33,156 bases of DNA, from positions 1 through 33,156 of the forward strand of contig CBDTUP010000001.1 in assembly GCA_965363685.1 (NCBI GenBank), written 5' to 3'. The notes under the pieces were generated by a model. That model did no database searches and had not been told where the DNA came from. It saw nothing but the letters and a program-made list of their open reading frames with translations. The stretch comes from an uncultured bacterium. GTDB taxonomy: Bacteria; Actinomycetota; Acidimicrobiia; Spongiisociales; JAHEDJ01. Positions 7,905 through 17,924 of this stretch are shown piece after piece (the first letter of the stretch is position 1; each line of letters begins with the position of its first letter). Made by a program: the position numbers and the translations under genes.

Positions 7905-8644
7905 GGTTGGAAATCGACTCGCTCAAGACGGTCGAACGATGCACGAAGTTCGGGTTCCATCCATGGTCGTAGGGAGGCGACCACTTTTCGGGGTGGCGCG
8001 GGAATCCAGGTGGGCATCCTCGCCGGCCGCACGAAGTCTGCTCCGTACCAGAGGAATACCCGGGAAAGCAGAAGGCCGCGATCGGATACCACCGCTCCGC
8101 CGGATCGGAGGAATACCCTCATCTGGTCATCGAGTTGCTCCTCGATTCGATCGCCCCGGTACGGCTCGGCGCGCAGGGTCGGGCACGAAACAGAGCCGCA
8201 CACAACCGCCGAGTGGATACGCGGGTCTCCGAATCGACGAATCTTGGCGTGTTCCACGGCATCGAGCGAGAGTTTCCTCCCGGACACATCGACAAACGGC
8301 CGGCTGAAAGCACCGGGCACCCGAAGAACGGACTCTTCTCCCGCGACGAAGGCCTCGGCAGCGAGGCTCAGGGCACCGGCGTTGTACAGGTTCAGCCAGT
8401 ACGCCAACGCCTCGTCTCGAGAGAGTTGATCCGGATCAGTTTCGGCCAGTCGACCGATGTAGGCGTCGAGGTCACCCCGGACATCGACCAGAGCCGGCAT
8501 GTTGCCCTCCGAAAGGGTTGCCAGTGGACCAATCAAGTCGCGATGGTCCACTCGCTCCACCCCATTGGGACGCGGCCGACGAACGGTTATCTGATTGCGG
8601 AGCATCGACCAGGCGGCGGCAAGTGGATTGGGTCCATCCATCAC
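7871..8644 (-). CDS. DUF547 domain-containing protein
   Basis: 257 aa. ALAYWLNLYNAGAL, IHSAVVCGSVSCPTL and the C-terminal YDWGL match my recollection of the DUF547 signature (NxYN...CAS.SCP...YDW.LN). The start is GTG at 8644 or ATG at 8641. Confidence 0.7.
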   Translation of the reverse strand: MMDGPNPLAAAWSMLRNQITVRRPRPNGVERVDHRDLIGPLATLSEGNMPALVDVRGDLDAYIGRLAETDPDQLSRDEALAYWLNLYNAGALSLAAEAFVAGEESVLRVPGAFSRPFVDVSGRKLSLDAVEHAKIRRFGDPRIHSAVVCGSVSCPTLRAEPYRGDRIEEQLDDQMRVFLRSGGAVVSDRGLLLSRVFLWYGADFVRPARMPTWIPAPPRKVVASLRPWMEPELRASFDRLERVDFQPYDWGLRCSVG

Positions 8645-8693
8645 GGATCAAGAACCACCCCCTACCACCCTCCATTCCGGGTTTCTGGGCGGG

Positions 8694-9392
8694 TCAGATG
8701 GTGGCGACCCAGGCGGCGAAGAAGCGGATGGCCTGTTCCCGGAGCACGTTCTGGGCGGCGCGAAGATCGGCGATCAACTCCTCCTTGTCGACACCGGCGG
8801 CAACAATGTTTCCGCCTCCAGGGCGGCTCGTCGCCAGCACGGCCAAATCGGCGCCGGCTTCCGGGTGGGGCTGAACTGCCAGGGCCGAGCCGCAACGGTA
8901 GATGTGCTGGTACTCGTCGGTGAATGCGAGCAACTCGGCCCCAGGGGGGAGATCGAAAGTGTCGCCGTGTGAAACCAGTACCCGATCGGGGAGATTCGCG
9001 ACGACCGGATCCTCCCGTCCGGCCTCGGTCATCTTCAGATTCAGCAACCCGCCCTCTGGGTTCGACGCCTTGTAGGCCCGTCCCCCCAGCGCGTCGGCGA
9101 TGAGTTGACTACCCAAACAGATACCGAGTACCGGCACGTCCTCGGCAACAAGCCCGGAAATGAACTCCTTCTCCTCCAAAAGGTACGGATGATCGACCAC
9201 TTCGTAGGCGCCCATCGACCCTCCCAGCACCACAACTGCTCGCCAGTTGGTTGACTCCGGTAGAGGTTCGCCCTCGTCGAGGCGTATCAGTTCGGTCGGA
9301 ATCCCGGCCTGGTCGATGGCCTCACCCAACCAACCCGGCCCCACGCCTTCGGAGTGATGCAAATAGAGGACTGTGTCAGCTGTGCCGGCCAT
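8694..9392 (-). CDS. Class-I glutamine amidotransferase (GMP-synthase-like GATase1 domain protein)
   Basis: Nucleophile elbow VLGICLGSQLIA and His/Glu in AVQPHPEAG. The start was trimmed to ATG at 9392 (MAGTADTVLYLHH), which carries TAACGT 7 nt upstream. Confidence 0.75.
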   Translation of the reverse strand: MAGTADTVLYLHHSEGVGPGWLGEAIDQAGIPTELIRLDEGEPLPESTNWRAVVVLGGSMGAYEVVDHPYLLEEKEFISGLVAEDVPVLGICLGSQLIADALGGRAYKASNPEGGLLNLKMTEAGREDPVVANLPDRVLVSHGDTFDLPPGAELLAFTDEYQHIYRCGSALAVQPHPEAGADLAVLATSRPGGGNIVAAGVDKEELIADLRAAQNVLREQAIRFFAAWVATI

Positions 9393-9399
9393 GGCAGGC

Positions 9400-9476
9400 A
9401 CGTTACCGCCTCTCCAACTCCGCAAACCAGCCGATACCCGTCCGGATCACCTCAGCCGGCGGTCCGGCGCTACTAT
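9400..9476. promoter_or_regulatory. Back-to-back leaderless-type -10 elements (GATase1 / purC)
   Basis: Minus strand: TAACGT (9405..9400) lies 7 nt before ATG at 9392. Plus strand: TACTAT (9471-9476) lies 8 nt before GTG at 9485. Confidence 0.45.
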
Positions 9477-9484
9477 CGAAAAAC

Positions 9485-10369
9485 GTGCTGGCACTCAAAC
9501 ACCTGGCCTCAGGAAAAGTCCGGGAGATCTACGAGATCGACAATGATCGCCTTCTGTTCGTGGCCACAGATCGCATTTCCGCCTACGACGTCATCCTCCC
9601 GGATCCGATCCCCGACAAAGGCCGGGTACTCACCGGCCTCTCCCTCCACTGGTTCGACGTTCTCGACGTTCCGAACCACCTCCTTACTACCGATCTGTCC
9701 GGCGTGTCATCGTTGACCGCAGCCGACCGCGACGAACTGGCCGGTCGAGCAATGATCGTGCGCCGGGCGGAAGTCATCCCAGTCGAGTGCGTCGTAAGGG
9801 GCTACCTCTACGGCTCTTCCTGGCGGGAGTATCGAGACGGAGGCGGGCCGACCACCGAGCACCTTCCTCCCGGCTTGAAGATGGCAGACCAGCTCCCCGA
9901 CCCGATCTTCACGCCGGCTACCAAAGCGGAATCGGGACATGACGAGAACCTGACCGAGGCCGACACCCGTGCTTTGCTCGGTGGAGAATTGTACGAACGG
10001 CTCAAGAAGGCTTCAATCGAGATCTATCAAACGGCCGCCCGTTTCGCTTCCGCGCGCGGCATCATTTTGGCCGATACCAAATTCGAGTTCGGCTGGTCGA
10101 ACGGTGAACTGCTGCTGATCGATGAGGTTCTCACCCCCGACTCATCTCGCTACTGGCCGCGTGACCAGTGGACGCCCGGCAACACCGTGCCTTCCTACGA
10201 CAAGCAGTACGTCCGCGACTGGCTGGATTCCGTGGGGTGGGACCACACCCCACCTGCTCCGAGACTGCCGGACGAGATCGTTCACGAGACACGAGGCAAG
10301 TACACGGATGCGTTCGCAGGGATTACCGGCCGTCCATTTGATGACTACCTCGCTGAGGTCTTCGCATGA
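9485..10369 (+). CDS. purC: Phosphoribosylaminoimidazole-succinocarboxamide (SAICAR) synthase
   Basis: LASGKVREIYEI...LLFVATDRISAYDV...ADTKFEFG...LIDEVLTPDSSRYW are canonical PurC motifs. The ORF-track start at 9251 is an upstream read-through. GTG at 9485 gives a typical protein of about 294 aa. Confidence 0.9.
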   Translation: MLALKHLASGKVREIYEIDNDRLLFVATDRISAYDVILPDPIPDKGRVLTGLSLHWFDVLDVPNHLLTTDLSGVSSLTAADRDELAGRAMIVRRAEVIPVECVVRGYLYGSSWREYRDGGGPTTEHLPPGLKMADQLPDPIFTPATKAESGHDENLTEADTRALLGGELYERLKKASIEIYQTAARFASARGIILADTKFEFGWSNGELLLIDEVLTPDSSRYWPRDQWTPGNTVPSYDKQYVRDWLDSVGWDHTPPAPRLPDEIVHETRGKYTDAFAGITGRPFDDYLAEVFA

Positions 10370-10620
10370 AAGCCACGGTGTTCGTCACGCGGCGTTCGGA
10401 CATCTCGGATCCGCAGGGGGCTGCTGTTCTGCGGGGAGTCCGGGACCTCGGATACACAGCCGTCGAATCGGTTCGCATCGACAAGGTCGTCACTCTCCAA
10501 CTCGAAATCGAGGACACAGCGCAAGCTCGCGCCGAAATCGAGGAGATGTGCGAGAAACTGCTGGCGAATCCGGTCATGGAGGACTACGAGATCGTGCTCG
10601 ATGACGAGGGCTCTCCATGA
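10366..10620 (+). CDS. purS: FGAM synthase subunit PurS
   Basis: 84 aa, MKATVFVTRRSDISDPQGAAV..., with typical PurS size and motif. It has an ATGA overlap with purC and lies directly before purQ. Confidence 0.9.
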   Translation: MKATVFVTRRSDISDPQGAAVLRGVRDLGYTAVESVRIDKVVTLQLEIEDTAQARAEIEEMCEKLLANPVMEDYEIVLDDEGSP

Positions 10621-11318
10621 CGATTGCCGTCGTCGTGTTCCCGGGGAGCAACTGCGAACACGATGTCGCATACGCACTCAACGACCTCGGCGGACAAGCG
10701 GAATTGGTCTGGCACCGTGAAACCGACCTGTCGGCGTTCGATGCCGTCGTCCTTCCCGGTGGCTTCGCCCACGGCGACTACCTACGGACCGGTGCCATCG
10801 CTCGCTTCTCACCGATAATGAGCGAGGTCTCACGCATGGCAGATAGCGGCGCCCCCGTCCTGGGTATCTGCAACGGTTTTCAGATCCTCACGGAGGCGGG
10901 CCTGCTGCCTGGTGTGTTGCTGGCCAACAGGGACCTGAGGTTTATCTGCCGGCCCGTCCACCTTCGGGTCGAGTCCACCGATTCGGTTCTCACCAGAACC
11001 GCACAGGTCGGCCGAGTGCTCGAGATTCCTCTCAACTCATACGAAGGCAACTACACGATAGACCCCGCGGCTGCACCCGCCACCACCGTTCTCACCTACT
11101 CGGATACCAACGGCCAAGTCTCCGAGGAAACCAACCCGAATGGGTCGACCCAGAACGTCGCCGGTATCGCCAGCGCTAACGGGAACGTGGTGGGCTTGAT
11201 GCCTCACCCCGAACGAGCGGCCGAGTCGATTCTCGGCTCGACGGACGGCCGTGTTCTACTTCAGTCCTTCATCGACTCGGTCCACGAGACGGCGCCGAAG
11301 AGTCCGGCCAATGTCTGA
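10617..11318 (+). CDS. purQ: FGAM synthase I, glutaminase subunit
   Basis: FPGSNCEHD, catalytic GICNGFQIL and MPHPERA. It has an ATGA overlap with purS. Confidence 0.9.
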   Translation: MTIAVVVFPGSNCEHDVAYALNDLGGQAELVWHRETDLSAFDAVVLPGGFAHGDYLRTGAIARFSPIMSEVSRMADSGAPVLGICNGFQILTEAGLLPGVLLANRDLRFICRPVHLRVESTDSVLTRTAQVGRVLEIPLNSYEGNYTIDPAAAPATTVLTYSDTNGQVSEETNPNGSTQNVAGIASANGNVVGLMPHPERAAESILGSTDGRVLLQSFIDSVHETAPKSPANV

Positions 11319-13506
11319 AAGTCAGCCTCTCCACCGCGAGTTGGGAATGACCGACGGTGAATTCGACAGCGTCGTCGGTCTTCTCGGGAGAGAACCGCGT
11401 ATCGCTGAGCTGGCCATGTACTCCGTGATGTGGTCTGAGCATTGCTCATACAAATCCTCGCGGCCACACCTGGCCCGCTTCCCGACAGAAGCACCTTGGG
11501 TGGTGGTGGGACCGGGAGAGAACGCGGGCGTCGTCGATCTCGGCGACGGCTGGCTGGCCGCCCTTCGAATAGAGAGCCACAACCATCCGTCGTTCGTTGA
11601 GCCCTATCAGGGAGCCGCCACCGGCGTCGGTGGAATCCTCCGAGATGTCTTCACCATGGGAGCTCGGCCGATCGCGCTCTGGGATCAGATCAGATTCGGG
11701 AACCTCGAGGACTCCCACAACCGCTACCTGTTCTCCGGCGTCGTGGCCGGCATCGCCGGATACGGCAACGCGGTCGGGGTCCCAACGGTTGGCGGCGAGG
11801 TTGCCTTCGAGGACTGTTACCAGGGCAACCCGCTCGTCAATGTCATGTGCCTGGGGATCCTCCGCCGCGAGCAACTCGTGCTCGGGACCGCTGGTGAACC
11901 CGGAACCATCTCGGTGTTGCTCGGTTCGGCCACGGGACGCGACGGCATTGGTGGCGCCTCGGTCCTGGCGTCGGCCAGTTTCGACGCCAACAGCGGCGCC
12001 AAACGACCCTCGGTGCAGGTTGGAGATCCGTTCCAGGAGAAGAAGCTCATCGAAGCCTGCCTGGAGCTGTACGAACGGCAACTGGTAGTCGGGATTCAAG
12101 ACCTCGGCGCCGCCGGGCTGTCCTGCTCGACTTCGGAACCGGCCGCTCGTGCCGGTACCGGAATGGAAGTCGACCTCGACCGGGTTCACGTTCGGGAGAG
12201 CGACATGACGCCCGCCGAACTGTTGATGTCCGAGTCACAGGAGAGAATGATGGCGTTCGTGCATCCCGACCTCCTCGAAGATGTACTAGCCGTGGCTGAG
12301 AAGTGGGAGGTCGACGCTTCGGTGGTCGGCGAGGTGAAGCCGGGCGGAGCGCTGCGGGTCTTCAAGGACGGCGAACTGGTCGCCGAGGTCCCTGCTGCTT
12401 CCCTGTCCGAGGAGGCTCCCACATTCGATCGCCCCTATCACGAACCGGATTGGCTGGCCGAGTTGTGGGCCGCGCAACTGGTCCCTCCCGAGCCGGAAAT
12501 TGGAAGGAGCCTCCTCGCTATTCTCTCCGATCCCTCGATCGGGGATCCCTCCTGGGTATATGAGCAATACGACCACATGCTCTTTCTCAACACAGTCGTG
12601 GGACCGGGAGAGAACGGAACGCTGCTGCGGATCAAAGGTACCTCGAAGGGTCTGGCTGTCTCAACGGACGGGAACGGGCGCCTCTGCTATCTCGACCCGC
12701 GGCGAGGAGCGGCACGCCTCGTGTACGAATCGGCTCTCAACGTTGCATTGGTTGGCGCTAAGTCCATGGCCGTTGTCGACAATCTCAACTTCGGCAACCC
12801 GGAGAAGCCGGAAGTGATGTGGCAGTTCACGGAGACCGTTGAAGGGATGTCGGAAGCTTGCGAGAACCTCGGAATTCCCGTCATCGGCGGCAACGTCTCC
12901 TTCTACAACGAAACCGATGGTGTCGATATCTATCCGACTCCGATAGTCGGCATGCTCGGCCTCGCCGACCCGATGCCCAACCCTCCCCGCCTCTCGGAGG
13001 GTGAAGCCGGCATGGAACTCTATCTGATAGGGGCAGAAGCAACCGGCAACCTCGCAGCCGGCACCTTCTCAAAGGTCATTCACCATCATGTCGGAGGACG
13101 CCCGGACGCCCCGGAGGCTCGGATGGCACGTTCGGTCATCGATGTGGCCAGGCAACTCGCCTGTGAAGGCGACAACGTGGTGCTCCACGATGTCTCAGAT
13201 GGCGGCATGGCCGTAACGATCGCCGAGATCTGTATTCACTCCGGAGTGGGGGCACGTGTCGAATTCCAGGACTGGCGCGAACTGTTCTCGGAGAATCCCC
13301 ATACGTTCGTCGCTGCGGCACCTTCCGAGGCAGGGGCGAGCATCACCGCCCTGGCGAAGGCTGCAGGGATCCCGATCCAGCGCGTTGGTTCTCTCGGTGG
13401 GTCCGATATCGAGTTCGTCGGCAAGGATGGTCAAACCGCCTCGGTTGGCCTGGGAGCGGCGACGGAAGCCTGGCGCGGTGCCATACGTTCCCGGATGGAG
13501 TCATGA
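11311..13506 (+). CDS. purL: FGAM synthase II
   Basis: [15 protein letters not shown] and GDPF.EK motifs with duplicated AIRS-like domains. The start was trimmed to ATG at 11311 ([18 protein letters not shown]), overlapping the purQ stop. Confidence 0.9.
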   Translation: MSESQPLHRELGMTDGEFDSVVGLLGREPRIAELAMYSVMWSEHCSYKSSRPHLARFPTEAPWVVVGPGENAGVVDLGDGWLAALRIESHNHPSFVEPYQGAATGVGGILRDVFTMGARPIALWDQIRFGNLEDSHNRYLFSGVVAGIAGYGNAVGVPTVGGEVAFEDCYQGNPLVNVMCLGILRREQLVLGTAGEPGTISVLLGSATGRDGIGGASVLASASFDANSGAKRPSVQVGDPFQEKKLIEACLELYERQLVVGIQDLGAAGLSCSTSEPAARAGTGMEVDLDRVHVRESDMTPAELLMSESQERMMAFVHPDLLEDVLAVAEKWEVDASVVGEVKPGGALRVFKDGELVAEVPAASLSEEAPTFDRPYHEPDWLAELWAAQLVPPEPEIGRSLLAILSDPSIGDPSWVYEQYDHMLFLNTVVGPGENGTLLRIKGTSKGLAVSTDGNGRLCYLDPRRGAARLVYESALNVALVGAKSMAVVDNLNFGNPEKPEVMWQFTETVEGMSEACENLGIPVIGGNVSFYNETDGVDIYPTPIVGMLGLADPMPNPPRLSEGEAGMELYLIGAEATGNLAAGTFSKVIHHHVGGRPDAPEARMARSVIDVARQLACEGDNVVLHDVSDGGMAVTIAEICIHSGVGARVEFQDWRELFSENPHTFVAAAPSEAGASITALAKAAGIPIQRVGSLGGSDIEFVGKDGQTASVGLGAATEAWRGAIRSRMES

Positions 13507-14939
13507 CGCGCCGGTCCACCGACCTCCGGTTCGACGAAACTCCCGGCGAGGAGTGCGGGGTCTTCGGCGTGTACGCACCTGGACAAGACGCTGCTCACAT
13601 CATCTCCTTCGGTCTGTTCGCTCTTCAACACCGCGGTCAGGAGAGTGCCGGCATCGCAGCATCGAATGGCCAAACGACCACCGTCTTCAAGGACATGGGG
13701 CTCGTATCCCAAGTCTTCGACGAGACGAAACTCGCAGCCCTTCCCGGTCATCTCGGCATTGGTCACACTCGCTACTCGACCAGCGGATCAACGATCTGGG
13801 AGAACGCCCAACCGGCCTACCGTCACATCGAGCAAACGGGTATTGCGCTCGCCCACAACGGCAACCTGACCAATACCGCTGAGCTCGCAGCCCTGCTCGA
13901 AGATGACTCCAGCGCTACCGACTCAGAGCTGATGTTGAACGCCATCGCCGCCCACCTCGATGACGGGCGTTCGGATGGCCGCCAGCTCGAGCAGGCTCTC
14001 ACGAAGGTACTGCCCCAGCTCGAGGGGGCTTTCTCACTGGTCGTAATGGATCAGGGTCACCTCGTTGGAGCTCGCGATCCGCACGGCTATCGACCGTTGT
14101 GCCTCGGTTCATTACCGGAGGGAGGCTGGGTACTTGCCTCGGAGACCGCTGCCCTGGATCTCGTCGGAGCTACGTTCGTGCGGGATGTCGAGGCCGGCGA
14201 AATGGTCGTCATCGATGCCGGAGGGGTACGTAGCCTCCAGCCATTCGGCGAGGTGGACCCACGCTTGTGTGTCTTCGAGTTCGTCTACTTCGCCCGGCCC
14301 GACAGCAATCTGTACGGCCAGAACGTCCACGGCGCCAGACAGCGGATGGGCAGTCGTCTCGCCGCCGAGGCGCCCGTCGAGGCGGACGTCGTCGTTCCGG
14401 TTCCTGAGTCAGGGATCCCGGCCGCGCAGGGATTCTCGGCTGCCAGCGGAATCCCCTACGCCGACGGCCTTGTCAAGAACCGCTACGTCGGGCGAACATT
14501 CATCGAGCCAACCCAAATGCTGCGGGATCGAGGAATTCGCCTGAAGCTCAACCCGATTCCGGAGAACCTGCGTGGCAGACGGATTGTGCTTGTGGACGAC
14601 TCGATCGTGCGGGGTAGTACGACCAGGCAGCTCGTTCGCATGGTGCGGGAGGCTGGAGCTGCAGAGGTGCATCTGCGGATCTCCTCGCCCCCCTACCGGT
14701 GGCCTTGCCACTACGGGATGGACACGGGTGACCGATCCCGACTTCTGGCCGCGCAGCTCACGGTAGAGGAAATCGAGCAGTTCCTCGATGCGGACTCGCT
14801 GGCGTATCTCTCCCTAGAAGGCCTCGAGGAATCGGCCGGAGGAACCAAGCTGGGTTTTTGCAACGCCTGCCTGAGTGGCCGATATCCCACTCCGGTGTCG
14901 GAGGCCGGCGACAAGTTCATGCTGGAGCAACGTCGATGA
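13503..14939 (+). CDS. purF: Amidophosphoribosyltransferase
   Basis: N-terminal nucleophile context ECGVFGV, the PRTase motif [12 protein letters not shown], and C-terminal Cys residues (CHYGMD, CNAC). It has an ATGA overlap with purL. Confidence 0.9.
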   Translation: MTRRSTDLRFDETPGEECGVFGVYAPGQDAAHIISFGLFALQHRGQESAGIAASNGQTTTVFKDMGLVSQVFDETKLAALPGHLGIGHTRYSTSGSTIWENAQPAYRHIEQTGIALAHNGNLTNTAELAALLEDDSSATDSELMLNAIAAHLDDGRSDGRQLEQALTKVLPQLEGAFSLVVMDQGHLVGARDPHGYRPLCLGSLPEGGWVLASETAALDLVGATFVRDVEAGEMVVIDAGGVRSLQPFGEVDPRLCVFEFVYFARPDSNLYGQNVHGARQRMGSRLAAEAPVEADVVVPVPESGIPAAQGFSAASGIPYADGLVKNRYVGRTFIEPTQMLRDRGIRLKLNPIPENLRGRRIVLVDDSIVRGSTTRQLVRMVREAGAAEVHLRISSPPYRWPCHYGMDTGDRSRLLAAQLTVEEIEQFLDADSLAYLSLEGLEESAGGTKLGFCNACLSGRYPTPVSEAGDKFMLEQRR

Positions 14940-15958
14940 GTTCCTACCGCCAGGCCGGGGTAGATCTGGACACGGCCGACAGCTTCGTCGAGAGCATCGG
15001 CGATCAGGTCACCGCTACATGGGGTCCCAACGTTGTCGGCGGGTTCGGTGGATTCGCGGCCGGCGTGACCATCCCCGACGGGTACTCCAATCCGGTTCTG
15101 ATGATGAGCACAGACGGTGTCGGCACGAAACTAGACATTGCCAGGCGAGCAGGCCGATACGAGAGTGTCGGCCACGACCTGGTGGCGATGTGCGTAGACG
15201 ATCTTGCGGCGGTAGGAGCGCGCGCGATTGCATTCACGGACTACTTGGCCGTCGGCCGCATCGACCCTGTACGGGACCGCAAAATCGTGGCGTCTGTGGC
15301 CGAAGCATGCTCTGCTGCCGGATGCGCATTGATTGGTGGTGAGACGGCCGAACATCCCGGAGTAGTAGACGAAGATCATGTCGATCTGGCCGGCGCCGCG
15401 TTGGGTGTCGTCGAAAGCGGATCAGAGATCACCGGTAGCACCGTGAAGGACGGCGACGTGATCATCGGCATCGAGAGTCCCAACCTCCGATCGAACGGTT
15501 TCTCCCTGGTGCGGGCCGTCCTGGGAGAGCGGCGCCTCGAAGAGCCTTTCCCAGGTGAGGGCCGCTCAATCGGCGAGGTTCTACTCAGCCCATCAGTGAT
15601 CTACACCCCCGCCGTGGTGGCAGCGGCGGCAACCGGTTCAACCAGCGCTCTCGTACACGTGACCGGCGGTGGGATTGGCGGCAACCTCTCCCGAGTGCTG
15701 CCGGATGGTCTCCACGCCCTGATCTCGGCAGGAACATGGCCGATGCCGAACGTCTTTCGAGTTGTTCAAGAGTGGGGCAAAATTCCTGAGGACGAGATGT
15801 TCCGAGTATTCAATATGGGTTTGGGCTATCTCGCAGTTGTGCCGTCCGATGAATCTGATTCTGTGGAGGCCGCCTTCGGAGAACACGGCCACGGGACCCA
15901 CCTGGTGGGCAGCGTCGTCGAAGGTGAGTCGGGAGTCACCATCGTCCCGCCCGACTAG
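14936..15958 (+). CDS. purM: Phosphoribosylformylglycinamidine cyclo-ligase (AIR synthase)
   Basis: [12 protein letters not shown]..., STDGVGTK and GGETAE motifs. The start was trimmed to ATG at 14936 (ATGA overlap with purF). Confidence 0.9.
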   Translation: MSSYRQAGVDLDTADSFVESIGDQVTATWGPNVVGGFGGFAAGVTIPDGYSNPVLMMSTDGVGTKLDIARRAGRYESVGHDLVAMCVDDLAAVGARAIAFTDYLAVGRIDPVRDRKIVASVAEACSAAGCALIGGETAEHPGVVDEDHVDLAGAALGVVESGSEITGSTVKDGDVIIGIESPNLRSNGFSLVRAVLGERRLEEPFPGEGRSIGEVLLSPSVIYTPAVVAAAATGSTSALVHVTGGGIGGNLSRVLPDGLHALISAGTWPMPNVFRVVQEWGKIPEDEMFRVFNMGLGYLAVVPSDESDSVEAAFGEHGHGTHLVGSVVEGESGVTIVPPD

Positions 15959-16299
15959 GGGGCGAGGCAGCGATCCGGGACCCATCCCGTGCGGCGGTCC
16001 GAACTCTCACACCAGGTCCAACCGGCCATAGATTGGGAACCCACAACCGACTCGCCCTCTTTGACAGTGAGTTCGCGCGCATCGTAGGCAGCTGCTGCGG
16101 TTGCCAGGCCGGGCCCGCTGGAATCGAGCAACTCCGCCGGAACCCAGCCTCCGGCACCAGCCTCTGTAATACACCAGACGAATCCGGGCCACTCCTCATC
16201 CCTCCGTCCGACCGCAACGGAATCACCGGCTCGCAGGACAATCGGGTTGTCGTAGGTCGCCGTCCACGATTCGACCACGCGGTAGGGGATAGGGTTCAT
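15955..16299 (-). CDS. Small SH3-like domain protein (about 114 aa); start uncertain
   Basis: The C-terminal third of ORF 15955..16674 reads MNPIPYRVVESWTATYDNPIVLRAGDSV...GWVPAELL...ELTVKEGESV...GWVPDRCL, which is two SH3-like ALYDY/GW.P-type half motifs. The upstream part of the ORF overlaps the aminotransferase gene and looks like a shadow. An alternative ATG lies at 16317. Confidence 0.5.
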   Translation of the reverse strand: MNPIPYRVVESWTATYDNPIVLRAGDSVAVGRRDEEWPGFVWCITEAGAGGWVPAELLDSSGPGLATAAAAYDARELTVKEGESVVGSQSMAGWTWCESSDRRTGWVPDRCLAP

Positions 16300-16458
16300 C
16301 GCGCAAGTATCGCTCATTCGCTGGAGGTGGCGGTCCAAGTCCCGATTCGCTGTGGCACAATGAGAGCACGGCGGCCACTTCCCGCCACGGTCGTGCGTGT
16401 CCCGTTGACCGCACAGTGCACATGACTGCACCTGACACTCGACCGAAAGGAGCCACCG

Positions 16459-17736
16459 ATGGGCGATCTCCTCAGCCGGCACGAGAGCATAGTTGCTCCC
16501 ATGCTGGCTTTTGATACGGACGTTCACGTCGAACGTGCGGAAGGACCATGGGTCTACGACAAGCACGACAATCGGTGGGCCGACTATGCCTGCGGAACGG
16601 CTGTTGCAAACCTCGGGCACAATCACCCTGAAGTGATCGAGGCTGCCAGGCAGCAACTCGGAAAACTCGCGCACGCAGGTTGTGTCTTCAGATACGACTC
16701 CATCGTTGAACTAGCGGAACGCCTGCAGACGATCACCCCCGATGGAATCGAGAAATTCGGGTTCGCCAACTCCGGCGCTGAAGCCGTTGAGGCAGGAGTG
16801 AAGCTCGCTCGCTACGTCACCAAACGACAGGGTGTATTCGCCTTTCGGGGCGCCTTCCACGGCCGAACCATGGGATCAGTCGCGTATACAACCTCCAACG
16901 CCAAGTACCGGGAGAACTACCACCCCATCCTTGGATCGGTCTTCGTAACGGCTTTCCCACATCCATACCGCTGGGGTATGTCTGAGGATGAAGCAACCGA
17001 CCTCGCCCTCGATGAACTGGCCAGGAAGTTCAAACACGAGATCCTCCCCCACAACGTCGCCGCCTTCCTGATCGAGCCCGTGCAAGGCGAAGGTGGCTAT
17101 TACCCAGCTCCATCCCGATTCTTGGAGGAGTTGCGGGCGATCGCAGACGAACACGGGATTCTGATGGTGTTCGATGAAGTGCAGACCGGATTCGGTCGGA
17201 CGGCCAACTGGTTTGCTTCCGACAACTACGCCGTAGATCCCGACATCCTCGTGATGGGAAAAGGCATCGCCAACGGGTTGCCGCTGAGTTCGTATGGTGC
17301 TTCCGCAGACATCATCAACCAGTGGCCTGTAGGCGCACACGGAACCACCTTCGGCGGTAATCCCGTCGCTTGCGCAGCAGCTGCCAAAGTCATCGACGTC
17401 ATGGAGCCGCTGCTTCCGCATGCCCGTGACCTTTCTAAGAGGGCATTTGAACGCCTCAACGAGGTGAAGGCCCGCCATCGTACGATCGGCGACGTACGCG
17501 GAGTGGGTCTGATGATCGGGGTGGAACTCGTCAGTGATCGAGACTCGCGCACACCCGATGCTGAAGCAATGAAGTTCATCTCCGCGTATGGTCTGGCCCA
17601 TGAACTGATCGTCATCTCCTGTGGACCCGATGGGAACATCATCCGATTCATTCCGCCGCTGACGACCACAGAAACAGAACTCGATAACGCAATAAGTGTC
17701 ATCGATGATGCACTGACGGAGTACGAAAGGGCCTAG
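16459..17736 (+). CDS. Class-III PLP-dependent aminotransferase (GabT/ArgD-like)
   Basis: 425 aa with FANSGAEAVE, FDEVQTGFGRT, the PLP-Lys context GKGIANGLP and TFGGNP. A strong SD (AAGGAG) sits 7 nt before the ATG. Confidence 0.85.
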   Translation: MGDLLSRHESIVAPMLAFDTDVHVERAEGPWVYDKHDNRWADYACGTAVANLGHNHPEVIEAARQQLGKLAHAGCVFRYDSIVELAERLQTITPDGIEKFGFANSGAEAVEAGVKLARYVTKRQGVFAFRGAFHGRTMGSVAYTTSNAKYRENYHPILGSVFVTAFPHPYRWGMSEDEATDLALDELARKFKHEILPHNVAAFLIEPVQGEGGYYPAPSRFLEELRAIADEHGILMVFDEVQTGFGRTANWFASDNYAVDPDILVMGKGIANGLPLSSYGASADIINQWPVGAHGTTFGGNPVACAAAAKVIDVMEPLLPHARDLSKRAFERLNEVKARHRTIGDVRGVGLMIGVELVSDRDSRTPDAEAMKFISAYGLAHELIVISCGPDGNIIRFIPPLTTTETELDNAISVIDDALTEYERA

Positions 17737-17890
17737 CCGTCTGATCATCTCGGGAATCGCGGGTGACTAGTTACTATTGACAGTCCCCCCAACGGCCCCC
17801 TGAAGAAGTGGATGGAGGTAGGTGCAGGCGGTAGAACTCAGGAGCCGCCGGCTTGTCCCTGGCGAGGACCTCGAGTCCTCAGAGCCGGCT

Positions 17891-17924
17891 CGGAGGGCCA
17901 CGTCATGTGGCCCTCCGGTTTTTT
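17891..17924 (+). terminator. Rho-independent terminator (plus-strand orientation)
   Basis: CGGAGGGCCAC (17891-17901), loop GTCAT, GTGGCCCTCCG (17907-17917), then GTTTTTT. This is an 11-bp GC-rich stem followed by a T6 run. The stem overlaps the last codons of the convergent lnt, and the lnt stop codon lies in the loop. Confidence 0.7.

Noticed and set aside
9393-9484. A ZTP (pfl) or purine riboswitch upstream of the pur operon.
   Set aside because: None of the conserved ZTP elements (ACTGGCG...CCGCCTGGGC) or purine-riboswitch junction motifs are present. The -10 element lies 8 nt from the start, leaving no room for a leader.
9251-9484. Long N-terminal extensions offered by the ORF track for purC (9251), purL (11251), purM (14858), the M3 peptidase (23763), VOC (to 22726), the SH3-like gene (to 16674), thrB (to 31899), csoR (26405) and copZ (26608).
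   Set aside because: The extensions overlap neighbouring genes, lack family-conserved sequence, and bypass internal starts that give canonical N-termini with ATGA/GTGA coupling or promoter/SD support.
16417-16436. Adjacent 10-bp direct repeats TGCACATGAC/TGCACCTGAC upstream of the aminotransferase.
   Set aside because: A 9/10 match of adjacent 10-mers is expected about once per window by chance. There is no supporting context.
17784-17812. A possible 6C RNA, because of the two C-runs (CCCCCC and CCCCC).
   Set aside because: In 6C RNA the C-runs sit in the loops of two separate stem-loops. Here they are only 5 nt apart with no flanking stems, so the Rfam 6C architecture is not met. The region is kept only as a generic sRNA candidate.
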